A DNA stretch of 64,000 nt from Caecitellus pseudoparvulus (Eukaryota; Protista; Bigyra: Bicosoecida): the NCBI GenBank assembly GCA_965644315.1, contig CBFFRQ010000053.1, positions 434,001 to 498,000 of the forward strand, written 5' to 3'. Made by a program: the position numbers and the translations under genes. The stretch's first letter is position 1. Every line of letters begins with the position of its first letter. Positions 53,191-64,000 of the stretch are shown here, in pieces. Under the pieces are notes generated by a model, which was given only the letters and a program-made list of their open reading frames with translations, was not told the DNA's origin and did not search any database.

Positions 53191-53709
53191 ATGGCCTCTG
53201 TCACTGCTGATTTGGGTGCGTGGAGGACAGCGGTGACTGGCGTTTCAGCAGCGTTCACACTGCGCTCCATTCGTTCCTTTGTGTAGATGTCGCGCTGGGT
53301 GGCCCAGGCGCAGATGCCGACGGCCCTGGTGGCTTCGACCAAGACACATCTTCGGGCAGCAAAGTGCACATTCGAGTGCAGCAGCGCAACGGCCGGAAGT
53401 GCATCACGACAGTGCAGGTGGGTTCTGTGTGCGGGCAGTGCTGACTGGGCGCCTTGTCGGTTGCTCGCCTGGACCCTGAACTCTCGCCCTTCCTCCTCGC
53501 CATCACAGGGCTTGGACAGTGACCTGGACCTCAAGCGCATCCTGAAGGCCATCAAGAAGCGCTACAACTGCAACGGAAACATCAAGAATGTGAAGGAGTA
53601 CGGTGAGATCATCCAGGTGCAGGGTGACCAGCGAGCTAACATCAAGGAGTTTCTGTTGGGGGAGCAGATCTACGAGTCTGAGGACCGCCTGGTGCTGCAC
53701 GGTTTCTAG
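53191..53709 (+). CDS. EIF1: Translation initiation factor eIF1/SUI1 (118 aa; introns 53216-53286, 53418-53508)
   Basis: KVHIRVQQRNGRKCITTVQGL...KAIKKRYNCNG...IIQVQGDQR...LHGF. Confidence 0.96.
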
Positions 53710-53894
53710 GCTCCCTGCATGCCTGCCCAGCTGCTCTGCTGCCTGCCATGCTGCCTGCCCACGCCTGGCGCTGTGGCCATGCCCGGTGGATGATCGACCA
53801 TTCACCGCTGGCCTGCTTGCCTGCAGTCCCCCTGCCACGCTGTGCCCTCAGCACCAATGCATGAAGCACAACGACCAGGGCAGAGTGCTGTGCA

Positions 53895-56790
53895 TTATTT
53901 GCCTCCCAGGCCAAGCTTGTCCAGAGCCCAAGCATAGGTGAACGCCGCTTGCCGTAGGTTGGCATACCTGTCTGAAGCCGCAAAATGCCCGCTGGACATG
54001 TCGGTCTTGAGCAAGATGTCCCGCCCAGCCACAGGGCCGGCAGCATAACGCAAACGTTGTGCAAACTTGGCCACCTCCCAGTATGCTACACGCATGCTGT
54101 GCACAGCCAGGGAAGGGTGTGCGAGGAAGTATGCACTTGCGAAGCAGGGGTCGCTAACGTACTCATGCAAGCCTGCCAGAAGCAGAGTAGGAGGGTAGTG
54201 CTGCGGTTTGATGTTGTCCATGGGGGAATACTCGGCCATGTACTTGTGGAAATCCTGAGCAGGAGGGGGGGGGTGTAGCGTGAGGTGTCGCATGTGTGCC
54301 GCAGGCATGCGTGTGTAGGGGCAAAGCCCCGAGGTAAGGGCATCACTGCTCACCTTCACGTTCGGGTTCCCCCATTCCAGCCATTCTTGCTGGGTCAGGG
54401 GGATGCTGGGGTCGCACATGGTCACAAGCAAGTCGACGAAAGGCACGTCTGCGACGGCACCAGCCCACAGCTGCGGAGCACGGTTCAAGGCATTGCCAAC
54501 AACAAGGCCGCCTGCAGACGCCCCGTAGGCGACGATTCGCCCAGGCGAAGCAATGCCGCACTGCACAAGGCCTTGTGCGACGTCGATGAAGTCTGTGAAG
54601 GTGTTCTGCTTTGTGAAAAACTTGCCTTGCAGCTCATACCAAGCACGCCCCATCTCGCCCCCCCCACGAATGTGCGCTGTGGCATACACAAGGCCGGCAT
54701 CTGCCAAGGTGCAGACATGGGAAGAAAAGTAGGCCTCTTCGCACGAACCGTAGCTGCCGTAGGCCTCAAGATACACTGGGGCATCCTGGGGAAACCCTTG
54801 CGAGGCCTGCAGAGATGGCGGGAGAGCAAGCGGGGGTGCAGCGGCAGAGGCGCTGGGCGCAGAGCCGAGCATGGCTGCTGGCTTCCACACGAGAGTCACG
54901 GGGACCAAGGTGCCATCTCTGGCGGGCAGAGTCGTGCGCTTGCAGGCGTACTCGTCGGGGTCCACATTGGGCACGCGCTTCTCTGCCACGAGGGAAACGC
55001 ACTGCAGCGGCAGCTCGAGCAGCGTCACCGCGGGTGCGGCGCCTGCCATATGCGTGGTGGAGACGTGCAATCCCCCTTTTGCCACGGCCTTGGGGACGTC
55101 CAGCTCAAGCATTCGCCAAGGACGTGTCGGAGCGGTGTACCAGTACCGAAGCCAAGGCGAGTCCCACTGGGCGTTGGCTGACTCTTGCAGGTAGAACGCC
55201 GAATCTTGAACGGGGACACGCCAGAGTGTCACGCTGCCTCCAGGCCCTTCCTCGCTGGAGACATCTGAAGGAAGTGGCCCGGCAGCCGCTTGGCGCTGTT
55301 GCTCCGGGCTTCCACAGGGCCCTGCCGGCACTGCTTGGGACAGTGTGCTCCACCGCGGAATGGAAGCTGTCGGCATGACCCACAGCTGGGGTAGGCCGCC
55401 TTCTCTACCCTCAATTGTCACAAAGTCTGACTGGACGGACACTGACTGCACCTCAACGTCGTGGCGGTGGCCCAGCACGACCCTCCATGAATCAGGACTG
55501 GGGTTGTCAACGGGCGCCAAGACGAGGCGGCCGTTAATGGCGCCGCCCCGGTTGGTGACGATGAGAAAGGCTTCCTCCTGCGGCACACTTTGCGAGCCTG
55601 GGAGGACGACATGCACAGCCTCGTACTTAACATGTTCCTCCCGTGGGGCGAGGCATACCAGGTCAGCGGGGGTGCACGTTGCAGCGCGTGAAGGCAGAGC
55701 AGTGGGCAGCGGCAAGCCACCCTGGGGAATGCCAGTGGGACACAGGTCAAGCACATGCTCCTCGTAGGTTGTGATGCTGCATGAAGTCACGAACAAAAAG
55801 CGACCCGACGAAGACTTTGCCACGCCCACCCGGAACAGCCCATCATCTTCTTGAAAGATGAGCACGTCAGCGGACTGGGGCGTCCCCAGAATGTGGCGCC
55901 AGACTTGGTAGGGGCGGTCAGTGTCATCATGTGTGGTGTAGAACACTGCGTCACGCCCATCCCCCCACTCCCACTCGCCTGTCGTATCCTTGATTTCATC
56001 AAACACAAGGGCGGCCTCCTTGTTCGCTGCGTCGGGCTGCAGAGGTGGCGGGACACCGTCGCTGGCCGGCCCAACCCACTTGAAGCGCAGGTCGTAATGC
56101 TCTTCCCCGACTGTGTCGATGGCGTAGCCATACACGCAGTCACATGGACTGGGCAGAGCACCAGCGATGTCACAGTGTGCCAGATCAGCTCCGAGGACAT
56201 TGCCGTCAAGCAGGACTTGCTCTCCGCTGTCTGGGTTTGGCCATGGCAAAGACCCGGCCGCTCCAGGCAAGGCCACCCGCACCCTCACACTGTACGGCTT
56301 GCCCTTGAATGTCCGAGAAGCGTACGCAAATGAGCCCCGCTGTCGAGGAATGCTGACATCTGTCTGTCGCATGCGAGAAACCAGCTTTTCATACACCGCA
56401 TCGTGCAGTGGCGCCAAGTGCCGGGTTTGGGCGGCTGTGAAGGCGTTCTCCTTTGCCAGGTGGGCTAGCACCTCCCCATCCTTCCGCTCGTCGTCTCGCA
56501 GCCAGAACAAGTCGTCAGCATGCGAAATAGGTGGTTGCATGGCACCTTCCCCCCGCTCCTCCCCTTCCACGGCGCCCATGAGCACGGTGTGGGCCACACG
56601 CTGAGCCACTGCACAAGTGCAGCGAACTGCCGTGTGCGCTATCGAGCACGCTCCGCACTGCCACAGCAAGGGCTTCAGACGCACCTGGCGGCTCAGGGAA
56701 TGTTTTCACTCGATGTCGCTGACGGAGCGCTAAGGCCGCGGTGATGGCAGCAAACCCCGCCCCTGAAAGGGCTGCGCCTGACGACAGCAT
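53895..56790 (-). CDS. Oligopeptidase B (protease II, S9A), 884 aa, possible N-terminal targeting peptide; introns 56609-56684, 54255-54353, 54097-54162
   Basis: DDLFWLRDDERK, YGSYG, AHIRGGGEMGRAWYE, GASAGG (Ser), HDMRVAYWE after splicing (Asp), SSGHF (His). Confidence 0.93.
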
Positions 56791-57440
56791 GACTGCGGAA
56801 ACTGGTCTTGGCCTCCGCTGAGTCAGTTTCCGCAGGGCATCGGACCGCGCACAGGTGACATATATGGAGGAAAACATCTCCCGTGTGCTACTGAATTTGT
56901 GCGCGCCGCACCCTATCCGCTTGAGACGTGCTAGCAGGACGGGAGGGGGCAGACACAAGTGCCTCTCTCCTTTCAGATCGAAACTGCATTTCACATCATT
57001 CACGGAACGTATCATAAGGGTCCCCGCCCATCGCCTGCACCACGGGCCGTAATCAGGCACTTTCTTCAGTGCTTCACCCATCATTGCAACACCTGTTGAG
57101 ACAAAGAGTGTCTGTAAGTCCTTGTTCTGGGCGAAGGTAGGCCTGTGCAGCTGCTGTGCATGCAGTGCTGCTTCGCTGCCAGGCTCCAGCCGTGCTGTGC
57201 CAGTCTGTGTGCCGTGGAAGCCATAAGCGCAGTGCCTTTGGCGGCCTCTTAGCCCATCATTAGAACTGTGTTCGCATGTGCATGAGCACCGTGGCATGCG
57301 CCCATGGCCTTCCCCTTGGCAACAGGCGATCCAGAGCACGGTATGCGGAAATTGAGCATGCCTTTCACCTCTTTGCCCTGCTTTTTTCGCAGCACCCATA
57401 AGGTTGTGGTACGCCGTTGCTGATCACACCAACACCAGTC

Positions 57441-58303
57441 ATGGGCAAGGTCGTGCTCGGTGCGTGTGCTTCGCAACTCGTCAGCTGCACTGATGCTGCC
57501 TGGCGTGCACCGGCTGCTCTGTGCACTCCCGCCCTGCCGCGTCCATGTTCACAGCCCAGCGTAAGGGTAAGGGCTCCATTTTCAAGTCCCACACTGTGCG
57601 CCGCATCGGTGCCGCCAAGCTCCGTGTGCTGGACTACGGTGAGCGCAACGGCTACGTGCGCGGAGTCGTGCGTGACATCCGCCACGACCCTGGCCGTGGT
57701 GCCCCTCTGGCCTCCGTGGAGTTCCGCAACCCCATCAAGTTCAAGAAGGACAAGTTCCTGTTCATTGCCGCTGAGGGCATGTACACTGGTCAGTTCGTGT
57801 ACGCTGGCAAGAAGGCGCAGCTCGCTGTCGGCAACGTCCTGCCCGTGAAGGAGATGCCTGAGGGGACTGTTGTGTGCAACGTGGAGGAGAAGGCTGGCGA
57901 CCGCGGCACCTTCGCACGCTGCTCTGGCGAGTACTGCACCGTCATCGGCCACAACGAGGAGACCGGCAAGACCAAGATCCGCTTGCCCTCTGGCTCCAAG
58001 AAGGTCATTGACAGCAACTGCCGTGGCATGGTTGGCATCGTCGCAGGCGGTGGCCGTCAGGACAAGCCCATGCTGAAGGCCGGCCGTGCCTACCACAAGT
58101 TCCGCGTCAAGCGCAACGAGTGGCCCAAGGTGCGAGGTGTGGCCCGCAACCCAGTCGAGCATCCCCATGGTGGTGGTAACCACCAGCACATTGGCCATGC
58201 TTCCACTGTGCGCCAGGATGCTCCTGCCGGTAAGAAGGTCGGTCTCATTGGTGCCCGCCGCACCGGCCGTCACCGCGGCCGTGTCCAGGCCAAGGACGAG
58301 TAA
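57441..58303 (+). CDS. RPL8: 60S ribosomal protein L8 (uL2), 255 aa; intron 57460-57554
   Basis: [16 protein letters not shown]...[10 protein letters not shown]...[25 protein letters not shown]...[10 protein letters not shown], with strong C/G-ending codon bias. Confidence 0.98.
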
Positions 58304-58564
58304 GCTCTCTGGGCTTGAGTTGGGTGGATTGGTGCTGTGCAGTGTTCGACAATGCAAAGTGCCAGCAAGAGGTTCCTGGGAGGGTCCACAGCTGTATTTA
58401 TGGGGGGGGCTGAAGCACAGGGGAGCACCCAGCGTCAAATTCTTCACGCAATTGATGGGTTCGTAGCCTCTTGCTTCTGATTGCTTGCTTGCACGCCCAC
58501 TGACGTCGGCCCAGTAGGCAATTGTTGGAGCCTGCGGAAACTGATTGTCAGCCTCTCTTCCACC

Positions 58565-59768
58565 ATGAGTGACGTTGAGTAAGTGAACGCTGGGTGCCTT
58601 CTCGCACGCCCAGCCACTTCTGGACGGCTTGTCACTGCTTTGCTTCTCAGCTTTATGTGGGGCGATGAGACCGTGGCTGCCCACGAGCAGGTAGCTGCCT
58701 CAGCGCCAGGCAGCACGGCAACGCTTCCAGCCGACTCTGTGTCAGATCCCGACTCCAACGGCGTCTACACGAAGACCACGTATCGCTGGGCAGGTTCAGG
58801 TGACAGCAAGTACATCGAGAAGGTGTGGCAGGCGCCAGGCTCGTCAGCAGCGGTGCAGGGTGCTGCACCCTCCGTTCCGCCCTGCCGTGCAGGTGACCAA
58901 GTACATGAAGCAGAGCAGCAAGACGACAGTGACGAACCACTCTGCAAAAGTTCGCCGCGTAAGTCTGTCTGAGCTGCCCCTTTCCCAGCCGCTGGAGCTC
59001 ACACCGCTCCGGCACACTCTTCGCTGTGCAGACTTGGCAGCGTTTCGGCGCCGCTGCCACAACCACGGACACCTCGAACGTCACGTACCAGGTTGCGGAC
59101 CCAGTGCCATTGGAGATCCCAGGACAGGTCACCCAGGATGCCGACATCCAATCCAAGCTGATGAAGACCCTGAAGGTGTGTGGCTCGCTGGAACTTTCCG
59201 CCCCACAAGCCTCTCGCTCTGGCTCTGGCTCCGCACTTTGACTCACCCCGTGCTTGTTTTGCAGGAAGGCCAGAAGCAAAACGCTTTCAAGGCCAAGTTC
59301 CAAGCCCTCATGGGCACTGGGGATGAAGCGGGGGGTGAAGGTGGTGACTCGGCGGCCGCAGGCGCCGGCACGGCCTACTCCGAGAAGGCCCAGCAAGCCA
59401 TTTCGCAGATGCAGCAGCGCATGTCGGGGGGCGTGACAGACACCAGTTTCGAGCAGCAGGGATGCACCATTCGCATTTCCAGCTTGTCAAAAGCAGCAAG
59501 CCGCGACGACGTGCGAGAGTTGTGCCAGAACTTTGGGCGTGTCACCCGGTGCTCCGTGCCCCGGGACAAGGAAGGGGAGTCCAGGGGCTACGCGTACTGT
59601 GACTTCAGCTCCCCAGAGGAAGCTCAGAGGGCCATCAAGGGCCTGGATGGCTACGGCTATGACTACCTCATTCTGAGCGTGTCCCTGGTGGAGAACCGGG
59701 CTTCGGACCCGCAACGTACGTCAATGCGCCACGCCACCGGGTATGGCAAGGCCCTTCCTCAAAGCTAA
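58565..59768 (+). CDS. EIF3G: Translation initiation factor eIF3 subunit G (299 aa; introns 58579-58650, 58823-58892, 58959-59031, 59176-59264)
   Basis: N-terminal WGDE, PDSNGVYTKTTYR and VRRTWQRFGAA. C-terminal RRM TIRISSLS...FGRVTR...SRGYAYCDF...AIKGLDGYGYDYLILSV. Confidence 0.9.
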
Positions 59769-60118
59769 AGTTAGGCAGTGGGTAAGAGGTCATACTCGCT
59801 GCCACCCATCTTCAGCCTCGCCTGGGATTGCTGAACCCTTGCATTGCGGCGGCAGCGGCTGTGCCCCCCCCATCCACCAACACATTGACAGCCTGCCCAC
59901 ATTGTAAATGCAGTCCCACGTTGCACATGTTTTTGTGGGCATGATGCTCAAGGCGAGGCAAGCTTGTTGGTGCGACGGCTTGCGGAGCGTGGCGTTTCTA
60001 AGAGGTGCGGAAGTCGTGCGTTTGCGCACCCCTGACTGCGCAGCTTGCCGCTGAGCTGCGCAGCCCGAGTTGCCTGGCAGTAACGCCATCATCTCTCTGT
60101 CTCCTGCATTGCTCTTTC

Positions 60119-63100
60119 ATGGCTGCGGCAGAGCGTGATGAGACAGCACTCAGCCATGACTTTGTGCAGCGGCCCGGAAGCTGGGCATTTGAGACTCTAT
60201 GGCAAGCGGCAGGGGACGAAGACTTAAGCGTCTCGCTCAACGTCGCGGACACGGTCCTATTTGAGAGCGCTTTCCCGGTGCGCTGGCTTGGCTCCTCTCG
60301 GGGCGTCCTCGTGCAAAGGCGGCTGCCTGCCTTCACGCCGGCGGACCCTGATTCCGCAACAGTCATGGAGCAGGAGGCACACCTCCGTGCCTGCATGAGG
60401 GTCATTCGTCACGCTTTTACCCAGGCAGTGGCCGTGGGTGGTGCAGAAGTTGATCAGGGCGCACCATTCACCCAGGTGTGGTTCAACAGCGGACAGCAAG
60501 AGGTGCTCACGCTGGCTGACTTTGACAGACTCAGCCAGCAGCTGTTGTGGACGGCGCAGGTGGCAGCCCTGCAGCCATATGCGCAGGCCCAAAGCACGCA
60601 CATTGGCTTGTTCAGACGCACTCTCGTTCGCACTGGTCTGGACAAGACACGCAAGAGTGTCCATGGGCAGTGGAAGGACGGCAACCTTGTCAATGTGGCT
60701 GACGTGCTGGCACCCGCCGATATGCATGAGAGCATTGCCTCCCGTCGCCAAGGACCAGCCGAAGTGAACACAGCCATTGATGGCATCACTGATCGCCTAG
60801 CCCACACCATGAACGCTGCGTTCAGGTTCCCTGATTGCCCACCCCCCGGGCCAGACGTCACTGCTGTCGATGCTGGCTTCTCCATCGAGTGTCCCGAAGC
60901 AGCAGGGCCCACATACTCGAACAGGAGTAAGGAGTCCGACTTAGCAGTCCTGGACGCGCCACGAAGCAAGATAAAGGTGGTCTCGCTCACTGCCCACTTT
61001 TTCACAACACCAGATGGCCGCCTGTGGCTCGGGCACTGCTCCAGTGTCTTCACCATTGCTCAGCGCCAGGCACAGGGTCGACTTGCTGAAGATGCGCTGC
61101 CGCGTGCAGCAGCGCTGCGGATGGCTGCCGAAGAAGCTGTCCGTGCAGCCGATGAAGCAGAGCTTGAGTTAAGAGAGCTGGTCGTTGATGGCCTTCGCCA
61201 TGGCCTCACATACTACGAGCAGTTCGTGCACTTTGACCCCACGGGCTCGGCGTCGGTGACCCGCAGCGAGTTTCAGCAGGCCCTCTCAGACCTCGGCCTC
61301 AACATGGCGCCACCTGCCTGCAAGGTACTCTGGGATCGCTTTGTAACGGATGAAAGGGGCTCCCTCACACTGGAGGGCTTCGTTGCTTTCTTTGAGTCTG
61401 GAGCTGCCAGTGGAAGTTCCGACGGCGCCGTGCTTGACCGACTTGCTGCCTCTCGGCGCCCTGCCACAGTCGTTGCACAGGATCCAAATGATGAACTAGG
61501 GATGCTTGGAAGTCGACAGCTTCAATCGGTACCAGCTCTGCCGATGGAGGTGCCGCAAGATGCCATTCCCGACAGTGCCGCTGCAGATCATGCAGCCGGG
61601 TCGAGCGGACAGCAAGCTGACCGCCGCGGCCCAGGCCGTGTCCGGCACTTCGGCGGCGGGACTTGGGACGGGGAGATGGAGGACAACCTGGTTGCCAACA
61701 CAGACGAAGAGCAAACGATGTTTGAACATGCTCTCGCACGGCTCGACGAAAAAGACCGAGAGGAGTTTCTGAGAGAGAAAGGTCTGCGAGATCCAAAAGC
61801 GCGCCGCGCGGCACGAGAGTTGCACCGGGCACGGCTCGCAGACATTCGCTCACGGGGTGAAGCCCTAAAAGCAGAAGCTGCAGAGATCCTCGATGGCCCC
61901 TGCATGTTTGCCCCGCCGGTGGATGAGCACAAGCAGAAGTCGGGACAAAGCAGACCTGTTCTGGACCTTCGACCTCAACGAAGCGGAGGTCCTCCAGATC
62001 TTCAAGGTGGAGACCTTGGGAAGAGCGCCGTAGCGCGGCAACTGGATCTCTCCATCATTCACCAAGCTGAAGCGGAAGGTGGAGACAGCGCTTCAACCCC
62101 CCGTGGTGAAAGTGCAGTGCCTGCGAACCAGAGAATGGTCCGCAGTGGCCGTGGAAGCCGAAGCGGACTTCAGCAGGCGCAACGCAGGTCACGTGGACGG
62201 CGTACCCAGCGCCTTCGCAGGCTAGTGGCCGCTGCCAGGAAGCGACCTGGTGGGGCTGCAGCTATTTACAATGCCAAGGTAGTGAACACGCTCCCTGGCA
62301 GCGCACCGTTTGATGGCAGTGCCCTGGGAGAAGAGCAACGAGCGCGAATCAGCCACCTGGCGCGAAAGAGTCGCTTCGACATGCCCAAAGAGTTCAGAAG
62401 GCCACAGAGCATGGTGGAGAGGTACATGGGCGCAGTATCAGCCCGAGGCTACGCAAAGGTTGCTGACCATTGGCTGGCCGCGCTCACTGAAGTGCAGGGG
62501 GAGCTGTCTGCCCCAGACATTGGTCTTCCTTTCTGGGGCATGCCAGGCATCCCTCCAGACATCTCGCGAAGCATGACAGCCCGATCTTCTCACCTGCATC
62601 CCGATGGGGGCTTTTCGGGCTTCTGGGGCACGCACGCGCGGCCGCGAACTCTGCAGCCCTTCTCCCAACCTAGCCTTTGGAGTGCAGTGCAGACTCCAGC
62701 ACTGGACACGTCTGGCATGTTCCCTGGATTCCAGCGCACAGAGGCGGGTGGCACGGCTAGCGCCCATGCCCCCACACCTGAAAGCTCAAACTTCAAACGC
62801 AGGACGGTGCATATTCATGGCCACACAAGGTTCGAACTTGACGTAGACACTTCCCTCTTGTACCACGTTGCAGCTGGCCCGCCCCTCATCTCCGGCGAGA
62901 CCCACATGCCGTACTCTTCAGGGAGGCCTGTGGATGTCCTTTTCCTTCCTGACATTTTTGATGACATGGGTACGATTCTAGGTGATATGGACCCGCTGCT
63001 TTCTGCTCTTCCTGGGAGTCGCTTGCTGGTTGCACACTACCCTGGGATGCCTGGGACATCATGGAATGAGCATGCACACGAAGGCACAGACGGAGCATCA

Positions 63101-64000
63101 CGGGCCCTTGACCACATGGAAGAAGTGCAGCAAATCCTCATTGATCGCCTTGGCCGAAGCTTTCGTGGGGCAGCACGCCCAGAGGCTGACACAGCGGTGG
63201 ACAAAATGAGTGTGACGAGCAAGAGTGCGTCGGCTGGTGCTCCAGCTGAAGTGCAGGAACAAAAACTGGGAACACGAAAGTGGCTCTCACCGGCATTCTT
63301 GGTGAGCGCCATTGCAGCGCTTCTAGACCACGTCCAGGCTGCAGGTGAGTGGGGACCTGCCCAAGCTCAAGATGCTGCAGGTCGAAAAGCGCAGGCTGCC
63401 AGTCATGAGCTGGGCCGGGATGTCGTGCTGGTTGGCTCGGGCTTCGGAGGGCACTTGCTGACCATCCTGGCAGGTGAGGTGCTGGGTCGACGCACCCGGC
63501 GGAAAGGGAAACCAGGCATTGCACCGCAGAACCGCACGCTAGCCTCAGCAACGCGGGCGGTTGTTCTCATAAACTCGTACTCAAGGATGGACGCAGAGCT
63601 GGGGCTAGTGATGCAGCGCATCGCTGCTGTCCATGGCCCTTTGGCCGCAATGGCAGGCGTCATGGACCGCAATCGCGCCGTGGATGCCCCGCTTGGAGCC
63701 TTCGGTGGTGGGCGCCCGCGAGTGGCCAAGCGCCCCAGGAGCATTGCACCAACCGGAGCCCCAGGAACTGCAGCTTGCACAGTGGACACTCGAGCCCCCC
63801 AGCACCGAACCATCAAAAGCGGAGCTACGCCCGATGATCCCAACACCTTGCCGCTGCCGGGCTCTCCATCGCAACGCATGGGCTTGGACGGCCGATCTCC
63901 GCTAAGCTCTGTGCCACTGTCCAGCACACAGCGGAGCCTTCGGCAGTCTATTGGGGTGGGCAAGCGCAGGTTGATGTACACGGAACAAGGGGGGCGAGGA
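60119..64000 (+). CDS. Large multidomain protein (runs off the right edge): uncharacterised N-domain, EF-hand pair, alpha/beta-hydrolase-like fold
   Basis: The frame is open from ATG 60119 to the window end, so it is missing from the ORF track. EF-hands FVHFDPTGSASVTRSEF and WDRFVTDERGSLTLEGF. Hydrolase-like VLFLPDIFD...RLLVAHYPG...VVLVGSGFGG...AVVLINS. Confidence 0.8.
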   Translation, partial: MAAAERDETALSHDFVQRPGSWAFETLWQAAGDEDLSVSLNVADTVLFESAFPVRWLGSSRGVLVQRRLPAFTPADPDSATVMEQEAHLRACMRVIRHAFTQAVAVGGAEVDQGAPFTQVWFNSGQQEVLTLADFDRLSQQLLWTAQVAALQPYAQAQSTHIGLFRRTLVRTGLDKTRKSVHGQWKDGNLVNVADVLAPADMHESIASRRQGPAEVNTAIDGITDRLAHTMNAAFRFPDCPPPGPDVTAVDAGFSIECPEAAGPTYSNRSKESDLAVLDAPRSKIKVVSLTAHFFTTPDGRLWLGHCSSVFTIAQRQAQGRLAEDALPRAAALRMAAEEAVRAADEAELELRELVVDGLRHGLTYYEQFVHFDPTGSASVTRSEFQQALSDLGLNMAPPACKVLWDRFVTDERGSLTLEGFVAFFESGAASGSSDGAVLDRLAASRRPATVVAQDPNDELGMLGSRQLQSVPALPMEVPQDAIPDSAAADHAAGSSGQQADRRGPGRVRHFGGGTWDGEMEDNLVANTDEEQTMFEHALARLDEKDREEFLREKGLRDPKARRAARELHRARLADIRSRGEALKAEAAEILDGPCMFAPPVDEHKQKSGQSRPVLDLRPQRSGGPPDLQGGDLGKSAVARQLDLSIIHQAEAEGGDSASTPRGESAVPANQRMVRSGRGSRSGLQQAQRRSRGRRTQRLRRLVAAARKRPGGAAAIYNAKVVNTLPGSAPFDGSALGEEQRARISHLARKSRFDMPKEFRRPQSMVERYMGAVSARGYAKVADHWLAALTEVQGELSAPDIGLPFWGMPGIPPDISRSMTARSSHLHPDGGFSGFWGTHARPRTLQPFSQPSLWSAVQTPALDTSGMFPGFQRTEAGGTASAHAPTPESSNFKRRTVHIHGHTRFELDVDTSLLYHVAAGPPLISGETHMPYSSGRPVDVLFLPDIFDDMGTILGDMDPLLSALPGSRLLVAHYPGMPGTSWNEHAHEGTDGASRALDHMEEVQQILIDRLGRSFRGAARPEADTAVDKMSVTSKSASAGAPAEVQEQKLGTRKWLSPAFLVSAIAALLDHVQAAGEWGPAQAQDAAGRKAQAASHELGRDVVLVGSGFGGHLLTILAGEVLGRRTRRKGKPGIAPQNRTLASATRAVVLINSYSRMDAELGLVMQRIAAVHGPLAAMAGVMDRNRAVDAPLGAFGGGRPRVAKRPRSIAPTGAPGTAACTVDTRAPQHRTIKSGATPDDPNTLPLPGSPSQRMGLDGRSPLSSVPLSSTQRSLRQSIGVGKRRLMYTEQGGRG

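Noticed and set aside
57365-58684. 439-aa minus-strand ORF opposite RPL8
   Set aside because: Antisense artefact of the strongly codon-biased ribosomal protein gene.
1-64000. Alternative genetic code, stop read-through, transposon or integrated virophage/Polinton
   Set aside because: All conserved genes translate cleanly with the standard code and end at TAA, TAG or TGA. I saw no transposase, integrase, reverse transcriptase or capsid genes, no terminal inverted repeats, and no AT-rich island.

Overview
This is a gene-dense, GC-rich eukaryotic nuclear segment, not prokaryotic DNA. It has short GT-AG spliceosomal introns (about 20 that I could place in frame, with GTGCGT the most common donor). 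Cilia genes (WDR34/DYNC2I2, CFAP47, PKD2-like) indicate a flagellated cell; a heterotrophic stramenopile-like protist is my low-confidence guess. Genes in order: a BRCT/tandem-Tudor-like protein running off the left edge, a Rab-like GTPase, two identical tRNA-Asn(GTT), an FHA/winged-helix-like protein, two tandem ankyrin-repeat genes, WDR34, a multi-pass membrane protein, PP1 inhibitor-2, a ~4660-aa ARM+C2 protein, UCHL5, an F-box/LRR-like protein with a split retinoblastoma B-pocket, a WW-WW-polycystin-2, a signal-peptide PLD, CFAP47, eIF1, oligopeptidase B, RPL8, eIF3g, and an EF-hand/alpha-beta-hydrolase-like protein running off the right edge. The two most notable items are (1) the ankyrin pair, with near-identical N-caps and upstream DNA but shuffled 38-aa modules that vary at predicted binding-face positions, and (2) the F-box fused to an Rb pocket-B fold. 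All domain calls were made by eye from remembered family motifs, with no database search.
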